In this document: one piece after another, positions 9,743-21,450 of the stretch
Numbering within the stretch: position 1 is the first letter of the stretch
Layout of the letters: each line of letters starts with the position of its first letter
Source of the DNA: Verrucomicrobiota bacterium
Lineage (GTDB): Bacteria; Verrucomicrobiota; Verrucomicrobiia; Limisphaerales; SXQI01
Reading direction: 5' to 3'
DNA: 64,000 bases
Assembly (NCBI GenBank): GCA_033762115.1
Contig: JANRLX010000129.1
Span: forward strand, 16,638-80,637
Translations under genes and position numbers: made by a program
Notes under the pieces: generated by a model
Told to the model about the DNA's origin: nothing
Seen by the model: the letters and a program-made list of their open reading frames with translations, nothing else
Databases searched by the model: none

Positions 9743-10942
9743 TTGGTAAGCATAGTGACTCGGCGCAATGAGGTTGCGAGGAGAGGTCAGGGTGTGAGAG
9801 GTTTTGGTTTGAGAACGCATTTGGAAACGAACCAGTCATGGTCTTTGAGGGAGTGGGGAAGGAAGTTGATGGGGTTGATGGAACCAGAGGCAACCGACTG
9901 GCCGGATGAACTGTTCAATCAGCTTGCAGTGGAGTTGTTTGCATTGCAGTTCAGGTTCAACCCGGCCTATCGGAAATTTTGCGAGGCGCGTCGAATAGAA
10001 GAGAAGGATGTGAGTGAGTGGCGAGCCATTCCTGCGGTGCCCGCAGTGGCTTTTAAATTATCGGAAATGACCTCCATCGAGGAGCGGGACAGAAACCGCT
10101 GTTTCTTTTCGAGCGGCACAAGTCAGCAGGAGCGGAGCAGGCATTATCATTCTTCGGTGTCATTAGGAATTTATGAATGTGCCCTGCGCCATCATTTTGA
10201 GCGTAGCGTCATCCCATTCGAACAGTTAAAGGAGTATGAACTGGTGTTTTTGACTCCCAGGCCGGAGGAAACCCCGAATTCGTCGCTCAATTATATGTTT
10301 GGGCAATTTTCGTTGCATTCGAAGGTAGCGTGTTTTTTTGGAAAAATAGAGGCGAACGGTGGGTGGGGGCTGGATATGGAGGGATTGCGAATGTGGTTAA
10401 CGGAAAGGGGGCCGATGGGGCGACCGGTATTCTTGTTTGGAACAGCCTTCAATTATGTGCAATTACTTGGAGGCTCGGGTCGGAATGGGAAAAAATGGCT
10501 TTTGCCGAAAGGATCGAAAGTCCTGGAGACAGGGGGATACAAGGGACGGGTGAGAGAGGTTGGAAAAGGTGAATTATATGGAGCAATTGCGGCATCTCTG
10601 GGGCTTGCGGTGTCGTCGATTTATTCAGAGTATGGAATGAGTGAGTTGAGTTCACAGGCGTATGATTCGGATTCGCTGCATAAAGCGCCTGAAGAGCGAA
10701 GATTTCGGTTTCCCGGCTGGGTGCGGGTGCAAGTCATTTCGCCAGAGACTGGTCGTGCTGTCCGGGATGGGGACCAGGGATTGATCCAGGTGCATGACCT
10801 AGCGAATGTGTTTTCAGCGGGGGCTTTGTTGACGGGTGATTTGGGGGTGATTGAAGGAGAGTATTTTCGCCTGTCCGGACGTGCCGAATCAATGCTGCCC
10901 AAGGGTTGTTCGTTATTCGCAGAGGAGGATAAGTTTCAGTAG
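9743..10942 (+). CDS. LuxE-like acyl-protein synthetase (start uncertain)
   Basis: F.FQ...NPAY, FFSSGT, ETGGYKGR, SEYGMSELSSQAY, DLAN, TGDLG, C-terminal KGCS. Confidence 0.8.
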   Translation: MVSIVTRRNEVARRGQGVRGFGLRTHLETNQSWSLREWGRKLMGLMEPEATDWPDELFNQLAVELFALQFRFNPAYRKFCEARRIEEKDVSEWRAIPAVPAVAFKLSEMTSIEERDRNRCFFSSGTSQQERSRHYHSSVSLGIYECALRHHFERSVIPFEQLKEYELVFLTPRPEETPNSSLNYMFGQFSLHSKVACFFGKIEANGGWGLDMEGLRMWLTERGPMGRPVFLFGTAFNYVQLLGGSGRNGKKWLLPKGSKVLETGGYKGRVREVGKGELYGAIAASLGLAVSSIYSEYGMSELSSQAYDSDSLHKAPEERRFRFPGWVRVQVISPETGRAVRDGDQGLIQVHDLANVFSAGALLTGDLGVIEGEYFRLSGRAESMLPKGCSLFAEEDKFQ

Positions 10943-10998
10943 CGGGTTGAAAATAGCCTTTTCGAGTGTATGATGCCGCCCTCATGGAGGAACCGCTG

Positions 10999-11505
10999 AT
11001 GGCGCAAACGATCAACGAAGGGCCTGACAAGCATCATTTTAATGCTGCATCAGGATGGATTGAGCTTGGGTGTGCGGAGGAGGCAGAGGAGGAATTGAAG
11101 GCGTTAAGCCCGGAGCTCAGGGAGCATCCTGATGTGCTTCTGTTGCGGTGGGAGATCAGTTCGTTCAGGAAGCAATGGGAGGTGGGGGTGGAGATTGGAA
11201 AGACCCTGGCCCAGACTTCGCCCGAACGTGTGGAGGGTTGGCTCAAGCAGGCATTTGCCCTGCATGAATTAAAGAGGACCCAGGAGGCTTGGGATGCATT
11301 GTACCCGGTGCTTGAGCATTTTCAGGAGGTGCCGATTGTGCCTTACAATCTGGCCTGTTATGCGGCGCAACTGGGAGATCTGGAAAGCGCAAGAAGGCTG
11401 TTGAAACGAGCGATGTCGATTGCTGCCCGGGGAGTGATCAAGGCAATGGCAATCGAAGACCCTGACCTGAAGCCGCTTTGGCCAGAGATCAAAGCGATGC
11501 GGTAA
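10999..11505 (+). CDS. Tetratricopeptide repeat protein
   Basis: Helical repeats, YNLACYAAQLG...DPDL terminal motif; GGAGG upstream of ATG 10999. Confidence 0.8.
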   Translation: MAQTINEGPDKHHFNAASGWIELGCAEEAEEELKALSPELREHPDVLLLRWEISSFRKQWEVGVEIGKTLAQTSPERVEGWLKQAFALHELKRTQEAWDALYPVLEHFQEVPIVPYNLACYAAQLGDLESARRLLKRAMSIAARGVIKAMAIEDPDLKPLWPEIKAMR

Positions 11506-11648
11506 CACCCGCTTTCGCAAGGGAGATTTACGGAAATTCGGTTTTTCGGTTCCAGTTGCTTTCGAGACGTTTGCCAGACAGGATAGAGGAATCATCTGGC
11601 GGTAACAAAGAGGTAACATGTTTTCGCCATGGTGAGGATGTGAGCCTG

Positions 11649-12638
11649 ATGCAAACTGAGCCTATCGAAGCGTCCAAGACCATTCCGGCGATTCCAATCC
11701 CCAAACAGGCTGATGCAATTCTGCAGTTGGAAGAGGTGCATAAGTTCTATGGGTCATTCCATGCGGTGCAGGGAGTCAGTTTTTCGCTGCAACGAGGTCA
11801 GATTTATGGATTTCTCGGACCTAACGGGGCAGGCAAAACGACAACGATCCGAATGATCCTGGACATTATCCGGCCCAGCAGCGGATCGATTCGGATTCTC
11901 GGCAGCGATTCAGTGATGAATGTGCGCAACCGGGTGGGATACCTTCCCGAGGAAAAGGGATTGTATAAAAAAATGAAGGCGTGGTCAGTGATCGCCTATT
12001 TTGCAAGCCTGAAGGGATTAAGCCGGACGCAGGCGCGGCAAAGAGCTTATGAGTTGCTGGAACGGTATGGATTGAAGGATTTTGCGGAAAAACCCACAGA
12101 GGCCTTGTCCAAAGGGATGGGGCAAAAAGTGCAGGTGCTGGCTTCAATTGCACACGAACCGGAGTTCGTGATCCTTGACGAACCGTTTTCCGGTCTCGAT
12201 CCGGTCAATCAGGAGGTGATGGAGCAGATCATTCGTGATCTTGCCGGGCGGGGGAGCACGATTCTTTTTTCCACTCATGTGATGCAGCATGCCGAGCGTT
12301 TATGTGAAAAAATCCTCCTGATTGCCCGCGGGAAAAAATTGTTTGATGGGACTGTCGCCCAGGCGAAGGCGTTGTTGGGACGCAGGGTATTCATCGAGAC
12401 GGAGGAGAGTCTGGAGGCGGTGCGGTTGATGCCGATGGTGTCAGCAGTGCAGGAGGTGGATAGAGGGGGGCGAAAATGGGAACTGCATTTGAAAGATGGG
12501 GCTGATCCCCAGGAGATCCTGCAGAAATGTTTTGAGAGCGGAGTGCGCCTGCGCAGCTTTGTGCTGGAGGAACCCACGTTGCATGAAGTTTTCATGAAAC
12601 TGGTGGGGCCGGAGGCAAAGGAGGCAAGTTTCCGATGA
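11649..12638 (+). CDS. ABC transporter ATP-binding protein (NatA/DUF4162-like)
   Basis: GPNGAGKTT, LSKGMGQ, ILDEPFSGLDP, PTLHEVF. Confidence 0.93.
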   Translation: MQTEPIEASKTIPAIPIPKQADAILQLEEVHKFYGSFHAVQGVSFSLQRGQIYGFLGPNGAGKTTTIRMILDIIRPSSGSIRILGSDSVMNVRNRVGYLPEEKGLYKKMKAWSVIAYFASLKGLSRTQARQRAYELLERYGLKDFAEKPTEALSKGMGQKVQVLASIAHEPEFVILDEPFSGLDPVNQEVMEQIIRDLAGRGSTILFSTHVMQHAERLCEKILLIARGKKLFDGTVAQAKALLGRRVFIETEESLEAVRLMPMVSAVQEVDRGGRKWELHLKDGADPQEILQKCFESGVRLRSFVLEEPTLHEVFMKLVGPEAKEASFR

Positions 12639-14161
12639 GAAACATTTTGTTAGTGGGCTGGCGCGAGTACACGGAAAACGCGCGGACGAAAGGATTCTGG
12701 ATCGGGATTTTCCTGTTGCCCTTGATCCTGCTGCTTTCAATGCAGATTCCAGTTTTGTTGGAAAAAAAGGGAAAACCTGCCCGTTATTTTGTGATGGCCG
12801 ATTTTTCAGGGAGGTTTGAAGCGGTAATCGAGCAGGCCTTACTTGAGGAACAGCAACAGCAAGTATTGCGCAGCTTGAATGATTATTTACGCGACCATTG
12901 GTCAGGCGGAAACATCGAAACCAACCACATTTATACCCAATATTCCAACGTGACCCCGGAGACGGTCGCTCGTTTCATGGCGGATGGGGGCGCGGAAGCT
13001 TACCTCAAAAAAATGAGCGGGTTTGTTCGAACCGATGCGAAGCCATTTAAGGAACCGGCGCTTTTATTTGCACGGGCTCCCTTGCCGGTAACAAGTGAAG
13101 AGGCCGGTGGTGCCGGGGAGTTGGCCAATGCGCTGAAACCGTGGCTGCGAGGCGAGCGGACAATTGAGGTTGGGGGGAGGCAGGTAAAGTTGGATGCGGG
13201 GATAATTATTCCGCGTCTGGCCAGTCCTGCTGCCGGGGGGAGCAATTCGATTCAGTTTTGGTCAGCAAACCTTGCGGACCGCAGCCTGGTGGAATTGGTG
13301 GAAAATACAGTCAATTCCGAGGTGCGACGGCAGGCATATCTTTCCAACGGGCTTGATATCAACAAAGTCCGGGAGGTTGAGAATACGCGAGTCCCTGTGG
13401 TTGGCCTGAATCCAAAAAAGGAAGAGGGGAAAGAAAGTGTCAGTCGGGCTGACATTATCACTCAGTGGGCACCGGTGGCGTTTGTCTATTTGCTGTGGGT
13501 GTCGATTTTCTCGATTTCGCAGATGCTGTTAAGCACGACAATCGAGGAGAAATCAAACCGGATAATCGAAGTGTTGTTGTCTTCGGTGACTCCTGGGGAA
13601 CTGGTGATGGGGAAGTTGGCGGGGATTGCCGCGGTTGGTTTAACGACTGTGACAGCGTGGGTGGGTTCATTCGCCGCGGTGTTGCTCTGGAAGGCGGGGG
13701 TTGATACACCTGTGGCAAAGGAGATGTTGCCGTTGATCAAATCGTCACCACTGATTCCGGCATTTCTAATCTACTTTATCTTTGGATTTGTCCTCTACGC
13801 AGCGTTGATCGTGGCGGTGGGAAGCGTCTGCAACACATTGAAGGAATCGCAGAATTACATGGGAGTGATCATGATATTCATGATGGTGCCGCTGCTGACG
13901 ATGACATTTATTCCCAAAGATCCGAACGGAACCCTGGCGACGGTGTTATCGTGGATCCCGATATATACCCCTTTTGTGATGATGAATCGTGCGGCAGCGG
14001 GTCCGCCGCTTTTTGACGTGATCGGAACTTTCATTCTGCTGGTGATTTCAACCATTGGCGCATTATGGGGAGCGGTAAAGATTTTCCGGGTGGGAACATT
14101 GCGGACGGGGCAGCCTCCGCGCCTGCCGGAAATCATCTGCTGGCTTTGGCGGGCTGATTAA
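12635..14161 (+). CDS. ABC-2 transporter permease (NatB-like)
   Basis: EEKSNRIIEVLLSS motif, large extracytoplasmic loop, ATGA coupling to the ATPase gene. Confidence 0.9.
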   Translation: MRNILLVGWREYTENARTKGFWIGIFLLPLILLLSMQIPVLLEKKGKPARYFVMADFSGRFEAVIEQALLEEQQQQVLRSLNDYLRDHWSGGNIETNHIYTQYSNVTPETVARFMADGGAEAYLKKMSGFVRTDAKPFKEPALLFARAPLPVTSEEAGGAGELANALKPWLRGERTIEVGGRQVKLDAGIIIPRLASPAAGGSNSIQFWSANLADRSLVELVENTVNSEVRRQAYLSNGLDINKVREVENTRVPVVGLNPKKEEGKESVSRADIITQWAPVAFVYLLWVSIFSISQMLLSTTIEEKSNRIIEVLLSSVTPGELVMGKLAGIAAVGLTTVTAWVGSFAAVLLWKAGVDTPVAKEMLPLIKSSPLIPAFLIYFIFGFVLYAALIVAVGSVCNTLKESQNYMGVIMIFMMVPLLTMTFIPKDPNGTLATVLSWIPIYTPFVMMNRAAAGPPLFDVIGTFILLVISTIGALWGAVKIFRVGTLRTGQPPRLPEIICWLWRAD

Positions 14162-14305
14162 GTCAGAAAAGAACAGTCAGAGCAGATTTCCACATATTTC
14201 AGGGATTCGAAAAATTTCCTTTTTTCCGGGGAAGCAACCCGCTTATTCTGCGCGCGACAGGAGCGATGGAGGGATCGTTCAAAATCCCAATCGTCCCAAC
14301 GAACT

Positions 14306-16507
14306 ATGAGTAACACGACACTTTCCGCCAGCGAGATAACAGAATTAACAGCCGGACTTCATCGATTGGCCCGGAACCTTTGGTGGACCTGGAACCAGGA
14401 AGCGCAGGAAATATTTCAGGAATTGTCCCCGCGTTGCTGGCAAAACCTTTATCACAATGCGGTGGCAGTGCTCAGGGAGGTTTCTGATTACGAACTGCGG
14501 GTGCGCCTGCATGATGGAGATTTCAGGACGCGGGTGAAGGATGTGTTGCATCGGTTCGAGTCTTACATGACCGATAAAAACACCTGGGTGAAGGAAAACG
14601 CGCCTGAACTGGTGGCGAATCCGGTGGCTTATTTTTCAGCAGAATTTGGGTTTCATGAGACATTGCCAATTGCGGCGGGAGGGTTGGGAATACTGGCTGG
14701 GGACCACACCAAATCAGCCAGTGATCTGGGGCTGGGATTTGCGGGGATCAGCTTGTTTTACCGTGAAGGGTATTTCCAGCAGATGGTGAACAATGACAAT
14801 TGGCAAACCGAATATTATACCCTGCTGAATCCAAAGAACCTGCCGATTGAGCCGGTGCTTGACGCGAAAGGGGAACCGTTGGTCTGTTCGGTGGAAATTG
14901 CGATGAGCCAGGTCTATTTCCAGGCGTGGCGAGTGAATGTGGGGCGTGCGGTGGTTTATCTACTGGATTCGAACCGGCCTGAAAATGAACAAAGATTTCG
15001 GGACCTGACATTGCGGGTTTACGGGGGAGACAGCACCACCCGTATCATGCAGGAGATTTTGCTCGGCATCGGTGGTGTGCGCCTGTTGCGGGCATTGGGA
15101 GTGGTGCCTTCGGTTTATCACATGAACGAAGGGCATGCGGCGTTTCTGACGTTGGAACTGATCCGTGAAAAACTTGCGGCAGGACAGAATTTCCAGACCG
15201 CGTTGGCCGGGACGAAGAAGGAATGCATTTTCACGACGCATACCCCTGTCGAAGCCGGGCATGACCGTTTCACGGCTGACCTGATGGGATATGCCATGCA
15301 CAAGATTCCGGCTTCCCTGAAAATCGATTTCAAGGAATTGATGGGATTGGGCCGGGTGGAGCCGGAAAATGAATCGGAACCGTTTTGCATGACTGTGCTG
15401 GCGCTCAAAGCCAGCCGTTCAGCCAATGGGGTGAGTGAATTGCATGGGCAGGTGAGTCGTTACATGTGGCAGGGATTGTTCCCAGGGGTGCCGGTTGAAA
15501 AAATCCCGATTGGTCACATTACCAACGGCATTCATCTGCTTGGCTGGATGAAAGGACCGGTTCGACGTTTCTGGCGCAAAAAGCTGACGAATGGGGATAC
15601 AGTAGCCAGTTCGCCGGGAGGGGAGAGCACCCGGTTTTGGCGCAATAAAGCGACAGGCTGGGAAGCGGATATCAACAAGCCGGAGTTTTGGGAGCGTATC
15701 GCCGATCCTGCGTTTATTTCGGATGAGGAAATTTGGGCGTTGCGCTACAAGCTGCGCCGCGAATTGATTGAGTTCACCCGTCGCCGTTTGCTATTGCAGG
15801 GGCAACGATTTACCCAGGGAGATTTCATTTCTTTTGACCATCTGTTGAACAACGACGCTTTGACGATTGGTTTTGCTCGCCGATTTGCCACTTACAAACG
15901 CGCACCGCTGATTTTCCAGCAATTCGAAAACATTGTGAAACTGGTTTCGGACCAACAGCGGCCGATCCAGTTTATTTATGCCGGCAAAGCACATCCCAGA
16001 GATGATGAAGGAAAAAAATTCATCCAGCATATCATTCATTTGAGCAAGTACAGCGAGCTGAAAGGGTATCTTGTTTTTATTGAAAATTATGATGTGCATG
16101 TGGCCCGCCAGATGGTTTCCGGATGTGACGTGTGGTTGAACAACCCGCGGCGCCCGCTGGAAGCATCGGGAACATCCGGCCAAAAAACCGGGTGCCACGG
16201 CTGCCTTAACCTGAGCATCCTGGATGGCTGGTGGCGTGAAGGTTATGACGGGACGAATGGTTTTGCGATCGGGGATGATTCGCACCCGGAATCCATTGAA
16301 GAACAGGACCGCCAGGACAGCTCGAATTTATACCGAACCCTGACAGAGAAGGTTATCCCAACATTTTATAACCGGGATGCGCAGGGAATACCGCGTGAAT
16401 GGATTCAGATGATCCGCCGTTCGATGGTGACGCTGGTGGCCCGTTTCAGCACCCAGCGAATGGTGCAGGATTACGTCCAGATGTACTACAGCCCGAAATC
16501 CAGGTAA
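14306..16507 (+). CDS. glgP: Alpha-glucan (glycogen) phosphorylase
   Basis: GGLGILAGD, HMNEGH, FTTHTP, ARRFATYKR, EASGTSGQK. Confidence 0.96.
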   Translation: MSNTTLSASEITELTAGLHRLARNLWWTWNQEAQEIFQELSPRCWQNLYHNAVAVLREVSDYELRVRLHDGDFRTRVKDVLHRFESYMTDKNTWVKENAPELVANPVAYFSAEFGFHETLPIAAGGLGILAGDHTKSASDLGLGFAGISLFYREGYFQQMVNNDNWQTEYYTLLNPKNLPIEPVLDAKGEPLVCSVEIAMSQVYFQAWRVNVGRAVVYLLDSNRPENEQRFRDLTLRVYGGDSTTRIMQEILLGIGGVRLLRALGVVPSVYHMNEGHAAFLTLELIREKLAAGQNFQTALAGTKKECIFTTHTPVEAGHDRFTADLMGYAMHKIPASLKIDFKELMGLGRVEPENESEPFCMTVLALKASRSANGVSELHGQVSRYMWQGLFPGVPVEKIPIGHITNGIHLLGWMKGPVRRFWRKKLTNGDTVASSPGGESTRFWRNKATGWEADINKPEFWERIADPAFISDEEIWALRYKLRRELIEFTRRRLLLQGQRFTQGDFISFDHLLNNDALTIGFARRFATYKRAPLIFQQFENIVKLVSDQQRPIQFIYAGKAHPRDDEGKKFIQHIIHLSKYSELKGYLVFIENYDVHVARQMVSGCDVWLNNPRRPLEASGTSGQKTGCHGCLNLSILDGWWREGYDGTNGFAIGDDSHPESIEEQDRQDSSNLYRTLTEKVIPTFYNRDAQGIPREWIQMIRRSMVTLVARFSTQRMVQDYVQMYYSPKSR

Positions 16508-16551
16508 CGGGTGATCTGGAAAGTTCCCGTTCAAGAGATTATTGTCTGGCA

Positions 16552-17653
16552 GTGAACTGTGACATCAAATCCCAGTTCCTGGAAGAGTTGCAGCAGCAAT
16601 TCCAGGCATGGGAACAACCGACGTATCGAGTAACTCAATTGCTCGATTGGTTGTACCAGCGCCGGGCGGTCTCATGGGAACAGATGAGCAACCTGCCCAA
16701 AGCGTTGCGCGAAAAACTTGCCCAAACCTACTCGCTCCAGATCCTTGAACTTGCGAGAAAGCAGGGGGCGGGTGATACGACGCAAAAATTTCTTTGGCGA
16801 CTTTCGGATGGGGCTTTCATAGAAAGCGTCCTGATTCCAGCCAACCCTGCGCTTTATGGGGAATCGAGTGATCGTCATACCCTGTGTGTTTCCACCCAGG
16901 TGGGATGTGCCTACGGTTGCCGATTTTGCGCAAGTGGTCTGGAGGGATGGAAGCGTAATCTCGGGGTGCATGAAATTGTTGAGCAGGTCGTGGCGGTGGA
17001 GCGATGGAATGACCAGGGAAAAAAAGAAGCCAATGGGAGTGGTGAACGATTGGTCAACAATCTTGTGATCATGGGGATGGGGGAGCCGCTGGCGAATTAT
17101 GATAACCTGCTGAAAGCATTAAAAATTCTGAACGCTCCCTGGTCATTGGGGATTGGCGCAAGAAAGGTGACCATTTCGACCAGTGGCCTAGCGCCGCAAA
17201 TCCGTAAACTGGCGGATGAACCGATGCAATTTCGTCTGGCCATTAGTCTGCACGGGGCAACGGATGAGGTCCGGTTAAAGATCATGCCGGTGAACCGAAA
17301 GTACCCAATCGCGGAACTGGCCAATGCGTGCGAGTATTATCAATCAAAAAAGGGGCGGATGATCACCTTTGAATACATTTTGATCGAGGGGGATCAATGA
17401 CGGAATGGAACAGGTCAAGCCGCTGGCGGACCTTGCAAAACGGTTGAATGCAAAAGTCAATTTAATCCCTTATAACACAGTCACTGACCTTCCCTGGAAG
17501 CGACCTTCTGAAGAGGTGCAGGAAACTTTTGCCGCTGAATTGATTGGGAAGGGGGTGACAGCGACTTTGCGGCGTGAAAAAGGGCATGACATTGATGCTG
17601 CCTGCGGCCAATTGCGATTGAAAACCGAGCGGGAACTGGCGGCCGCGCCGTGA
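16552..17653 (+). pseudogene. rlmN: 23S rRNA m2A2503 methyltransferase RlmN, split by a +1 frameshift (pseudogene or assembly error)
   Basis: CVSTQVGCAYGCRFCASG, MGMGEP, ISLH in the first frame; VNLIPYN and DIDAACGQL in the second. Deleting one G from G5 at 17388-17392 restores EYILIEGINDG. Confidence 0.88.
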
Positions 17654-17725
17654 CGTTTCTGGACTTTGAATGAAACTCGGGTGTTTCCGTCCAAAGGGTT
17701 GCTCAATTAGAACCTTACTGTTAGG

Positions 17726-20140
17726 ATGGAACCAACCAGCCAATCAAAGTTCATGTGTCGGAACGCTTTCAATTGCCATCGCCTAGTCCTTCTCGCCTTG
17801 CTTTCATTTAATTTTGTGACCGTGGAAGCGGTTTTCTGGAAATCAAAAAATTCCAAAAAGAGCGGACAGGAGATTTACAAGGAGATGTGTGCCCATTGTC
17901 ATGGAGAAAATGGGGAAGGTGTCGCTGACAAATATGATGAATCGTTGTATGGAGACCGATCCCTGCCTGCCTTGACCAAGTATATCGACCGCACGATGCC
18001 TGAAGATAATCCGGACAAGCTCGATGCGAAAGGTGCGGCGAAGGTGGCGGAATATATTTATGGGGCATTTTATTCTCCTGCGGCTCGCGCGAAAGTAGCC
18101 CCTCCAAAAGTTGAGCTTTCCCGCCTGACCGTCAGCCAATACCAAAATGCAGTGGCTGATATTTTCGACAGCTTCAAGGAAAAGCCGAGCAAGTTGACAG
18201 AAGAACGGGGATTGCGAGGGGAGTATTTTAATGCACGAGATTTCAATCGGGAAAAGAAGGCATTCGAGCGGATTGATGGTCAGATCCTTTTTTCATTCGG
18301 GGAAGGCACGCCTGAGCCAGTGGTCGCGGAGCAGGGAACAAATCACTTAGGGGAAGAGGCATTCGCAATCCGTTGGAAGGGTTCGATCCTCGTTGAGGAA
18401 AGTGGCGATTACGAATTTCGGATCAAAACCGAGAATGGCGCAAGGTTGTATGTCAATGGGCATGAAGAACCACTGATTGATGCATGGGTAAGCTCCGGGC
18501 CAAATGTTCGGGAAGAAAGTGGGATGATCCGTTTACTGGGAGGACGAGCTTATCCGTTCAAGGTGGATTTCTTTACTTATAAAGAAAAGACCGCCTCGAT
18601 CATTGTCGAATGGAAACCGCCGCACAAAGCGTGGGAGCCGATTCCTCGGGCGCACCTGATACCACAACAGCTTCCTGTTACATTGGTAGTGACAACAAGT
18701 TTCCCGGCAGATGATGGGAGTGCAGGTTATGAGCGGGGAACGACGATTTCGAGGGAATGGGACCAGGCCAGCACATATGCGGCAATTGAAGTGGCAGGAA
18801 AAATAACTGACCAGGTGGATGACCTTGCGGGAACAAAAAAAGAGGACACCGAGCGAAAATCGAAATTGATTCAATTTTGCCATCGGTTTGCCGAACGGGC
18901 ATTCAGAAGGCCATTGAGTGATGAACAGAAAAAATTGTTTATCGAGCAGCATTTTGAAAATGTGAATGAGCCATCAGGTCAGGATGCCGCGGTCAAAAAA
19001 GTCATCCTGCTGGTCTTGAAGTCGCCACGCTTTCTTTATCCCGAGATTCCTGACGGCAATGTGGATTCGTATGATGTGGCTTCAAGACTTTCATTTGGCT
19101 TGTGGGATACGTTGCCGGATAAACAGCTTTTGGAGGCCGCAGCCAAAGGGCAATTGCAAACCGCCTCGGAAATCGCCTCACAGGCAGAAAGAATGCTCAA
19201 CAATTCGCGAGCACGGGTAAAGGTCCGGGCATTTTTTGAGCATTGGCTGGAAATGGAGGAGGCGGAGGACCTTTCAAAAGATCCCCTAAGCTTTCCGGGC
19301 TTTAATGAGGCTGTGCTGGCAGACCTTCGCACCTCACTGGAATTGTTCCTGGACGAAGTGGTTTGGAGCGAGAAATCCGACTATCGTGAATTGTTATTGG
19401 CTGATTATGTTTTCCTGAACAACAGACTTGAAAAGGTCTATCAAGCGGGACATCAGCAGGGGAATGGCGAAAAGCTTGGGGAGAGCGAGAAAAAAGCAGA
19501 TGAATTTAGAAAAGTTCGTTTTCCAGCAGACCAGCGGACTGGCGTCCTGACCCATCCTTATCTGCTCAGCGCTTTTGCGTATCACAAGTCCAGTTCGCCA
19601 ATTCACCGCGGTGTTTTCCTGACACGGAATATTGTTGGGCGATCATTGAAACCACCGCCAATGGCAATCCAGTTTATGGATGGACGATTCGATCCCAAGA
19701 TGACCATGCGGGAAAAGGTGACGGAATTGACGAGTCCGAATGCCTGCCAGGGATGTCATGCCGTGATCAACCCTCTTGGATTCAGCCTGGAACATTTTGA
19801 TGCGATTGGGAGGTATCGAACGATGGAGAACGAAAAACCGGTGAATGCGACCAGCGATTACACCACCCCCGGGGGAGAAACGATTCAATTGAAGGGAGCA
19901 AGAGATGTGGCCGAACATGCGGCCAAGAGCAAGGAGGCGCAGCAAGGGTTTGTACGTCAATTATTCCAACATATCGTCAAGCAGCCGGCGCAGGCTTATG
20001 GGCCGGAAACCTTGCGGGAGTTACGCGGAGAGTTTGAGAAGGAAGGGTTCAACATTCAAAAGTTATTGGTGAAGATCGTTTCGCTTTCCGCATCACACGG
20101 AATAAAGCCTGACACTTCACTGGCAGGAGGAAACCAATGA
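17726..20140 (+). CDS. DUF1592/DUF1588 family cytochrome c protein with PA14 domain
   Basis: CAHCH and CQGCH heme motifs, [13 protein letters not shown]14-like [43 protein letters not shown]. Confidence 0.88.
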   Translation: MEPTSQSKFMCRNAFNCHRLVLLALLSFNFVTVEAVFWKSKNSKKSGQEIYKEMCAHCHGENGEGVADKYDESLYGDRSLPALTKYIDRTMPEDNPDKLDAKGAAKVAEYIYGAFYSPAARAKVAPPKVELSRLTVSQYQNAVADIFDSFKEKPSKLTEERGLRGEYFNARDFNREKKAFERIDGQILFSFGEGTPEPVVAEQGTNHLGEEAFAIRWKGSILVEESGDYEFRIKTENGARLYVNGHEEPLIDAWVSSGPNVREESGMIRLLGGRAYPFKVDFFTYKEKTASIIVEWKPPHKAWEPIPRAHLIPQQLPVTLVVTTSFPADDGSAGYERGTTISREWDQASTYAAIEVAGKITDQVDDLAGTKKEDTERKSKLIQFCHRFAERAFRRPLSDEQKKLFIEQHFENVNEPSGQDAAVKKVILLVLKSPRFLYPEIPDGNVDSYDVASRLSFGLWDTLPDKQLLEAAAKGQLQTASEIASQAERMLNNSRARVKVRAFFEHWLEMEEAEDLSKDPLSFPGFNEAVLADLRTSLELFLDEVVWSEKSDYRELLLADYVFLNNRLEKVYQAGHQQGNGEKLGESEKKADEFRKVRFPADQRTGVLTHPYLLSAFAYHKSSSPIHRGVFLTRNIVGRSLKPPPMAIQFMDGRFDPKMTMREKVTELTSPNACQGCHAVINPLGFSLEHFDAIGRYRTMENEKPVNATSDYTTPGGETIQLKGARDVAEHAAKSKEAQQGFVRQLFQHIVKQPAQAYGPETLRELRGEFEKEGFNIQKLLVKIVSLSASHGIKPDTSLAGGNQ

Positions 20141-21450
20141 AAACGATGCAACGACGAAATTTTATAAAGGGCCTTGGAGTTTCAGCGGCGGCGCTGCCGT
20201 TTTTGGGTTCACTGCCCAGCCTTCAGGCAAATCGGAGTGGCGGTCGAAAACAACGGCTGATCATCATGTTTTCGCCAAATGGCATTGTGCCAACGAATTT
20301 CTGGCCGGATGAAGAAGGGGAAAATTTTACATTAAAGCGAATCCTGGCCCCATTGGAACCGTTCAAGAAACAGACACTGATTTTGCATGGAGTTTCCAAT
20401 AAAGTGCGCGGGGATGGCGACAGCCACATGCGAGGAATGAGCTGCCTGCTGACAGGGATTGAACTCTTCCCAGGAAATATCCAGGGCGGTTCAGATACCC
20501 CTGCGGGGTGGGCCAGCGGCATTTCGATTGACCAGGAATTACGAAATTTTTTGCAGAGTCGTGAGGAAAGCAAAACACGCTTTGGCTCCCTTGAGCTTGG
20601 GGTGGCTGTACCTCATCGCGCCGATCCCTGGACCCGGATGTCGTATGCCGGGCCAAACAAACCGGTGGCTCCGATTGATGATCCCTATCTGGTATTCGAG
20701 AAGCTTTATGGCCAGATGAAAGACAAGGACACATTGAAAAGTGTGCTGGATGATGTGCAGTCAGATTTGGAGACCGTTAGCAGGAAATTGAGCAGCGAGG
20801 ATAAACGGATGCTCGACGAGCATTTGACACTTGTTCGTGAGATGGAGAAGGAATTGCAATCAGGAGGAGAGGCCAGCCTGAATCATGCGGTGCCCAAACT
20901 CGACGCAGGGGTGGCAATTGAGAATGACAGCATTCCAAAAATCAGCCGCATGCAAATCGAATTGCTGGTGAACAGTTTCCTCAGTGATTCCTGCCGGGTT
21001 GCGACATTGCAATATACCAATTCAGTTGGAAATGCCCGGATGAAGTGGCTTGGGATTGAAGAGGGGCATCACACTCTTTCCCATGATCCTGACATGAACG
21101 ATGTTTCGCAGGAGAAACTCACGAAAATCAACACCTGGTTTTGCGAGGAGATGGCACATTTGGCGAAACGATTGTCCGAAAGCCCGGAACCGGGTGGCGA
21201 AGGGACCTTGCTGGACAATACATTGATCGTCTGGACCAATGAACTTGGAAAAGGAAACTCCCACACGCTTGAGGACATTCCATTTGTGCTGGTGGGTAAT
21301 GGTTGCGGGTTCAAAATGGGACGCAGTCTCAAGTTCAAGAAAGTTGAGCACAATCGTTTATGGATGGCCGTTGCCCATGCTTTTGGACATCCGCTCCAGA
21401 GTTTCGGCAATCCAAAATTGTGCGAGGGTGGACCGCTTGTCCTGGCCTAG
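20137..21450 (+). CDS. DUF1552 family protein (Tat substrate)
   Basis: QRRNFIK twin-arginine motif, PNG, SIDQ, HHTLSH, TLLDNT; coupled to the DUF1592 gene. Confidence 0.88.
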   Translation: MKTMQRRNFIKGLGVSAAALPFLGSLPSLQANRSGGRKQRLIIMFSPNGIVPTNFWPDEEGENFTLKRILAPLEPFKKQTLILHGVSNKVRGDGDSHMRGMSCLLTGIELFPGNIQGGSDTPAGWASGISIDQELRNFLQSREESKTRFGSLELGVAVPHRADPWTRMSYAGPNKPVAPIDDPYLVFEKLYGQMKDKDTLKSVLDDVQSDLETVSRKLSSEDKRMLDEHLTLVREMEKELQSGGEASLNHAVPKLDAGVAIENDSIPKISRMQIELLVNSFLSDSCRVATLQYTNSVGNARMKWLGIEEGHHTLSHDPDMNDVSQEKLTKINTWFCEEMAHLAKRLSESPEPGGEGTLLDNTLIVWTNELGKGNSHTLEDIPFVLVGNGCGFKMGRSLKFKKVEHNRLWMAVAHAFGHPLQSFGNPKLCEGGPLVLA

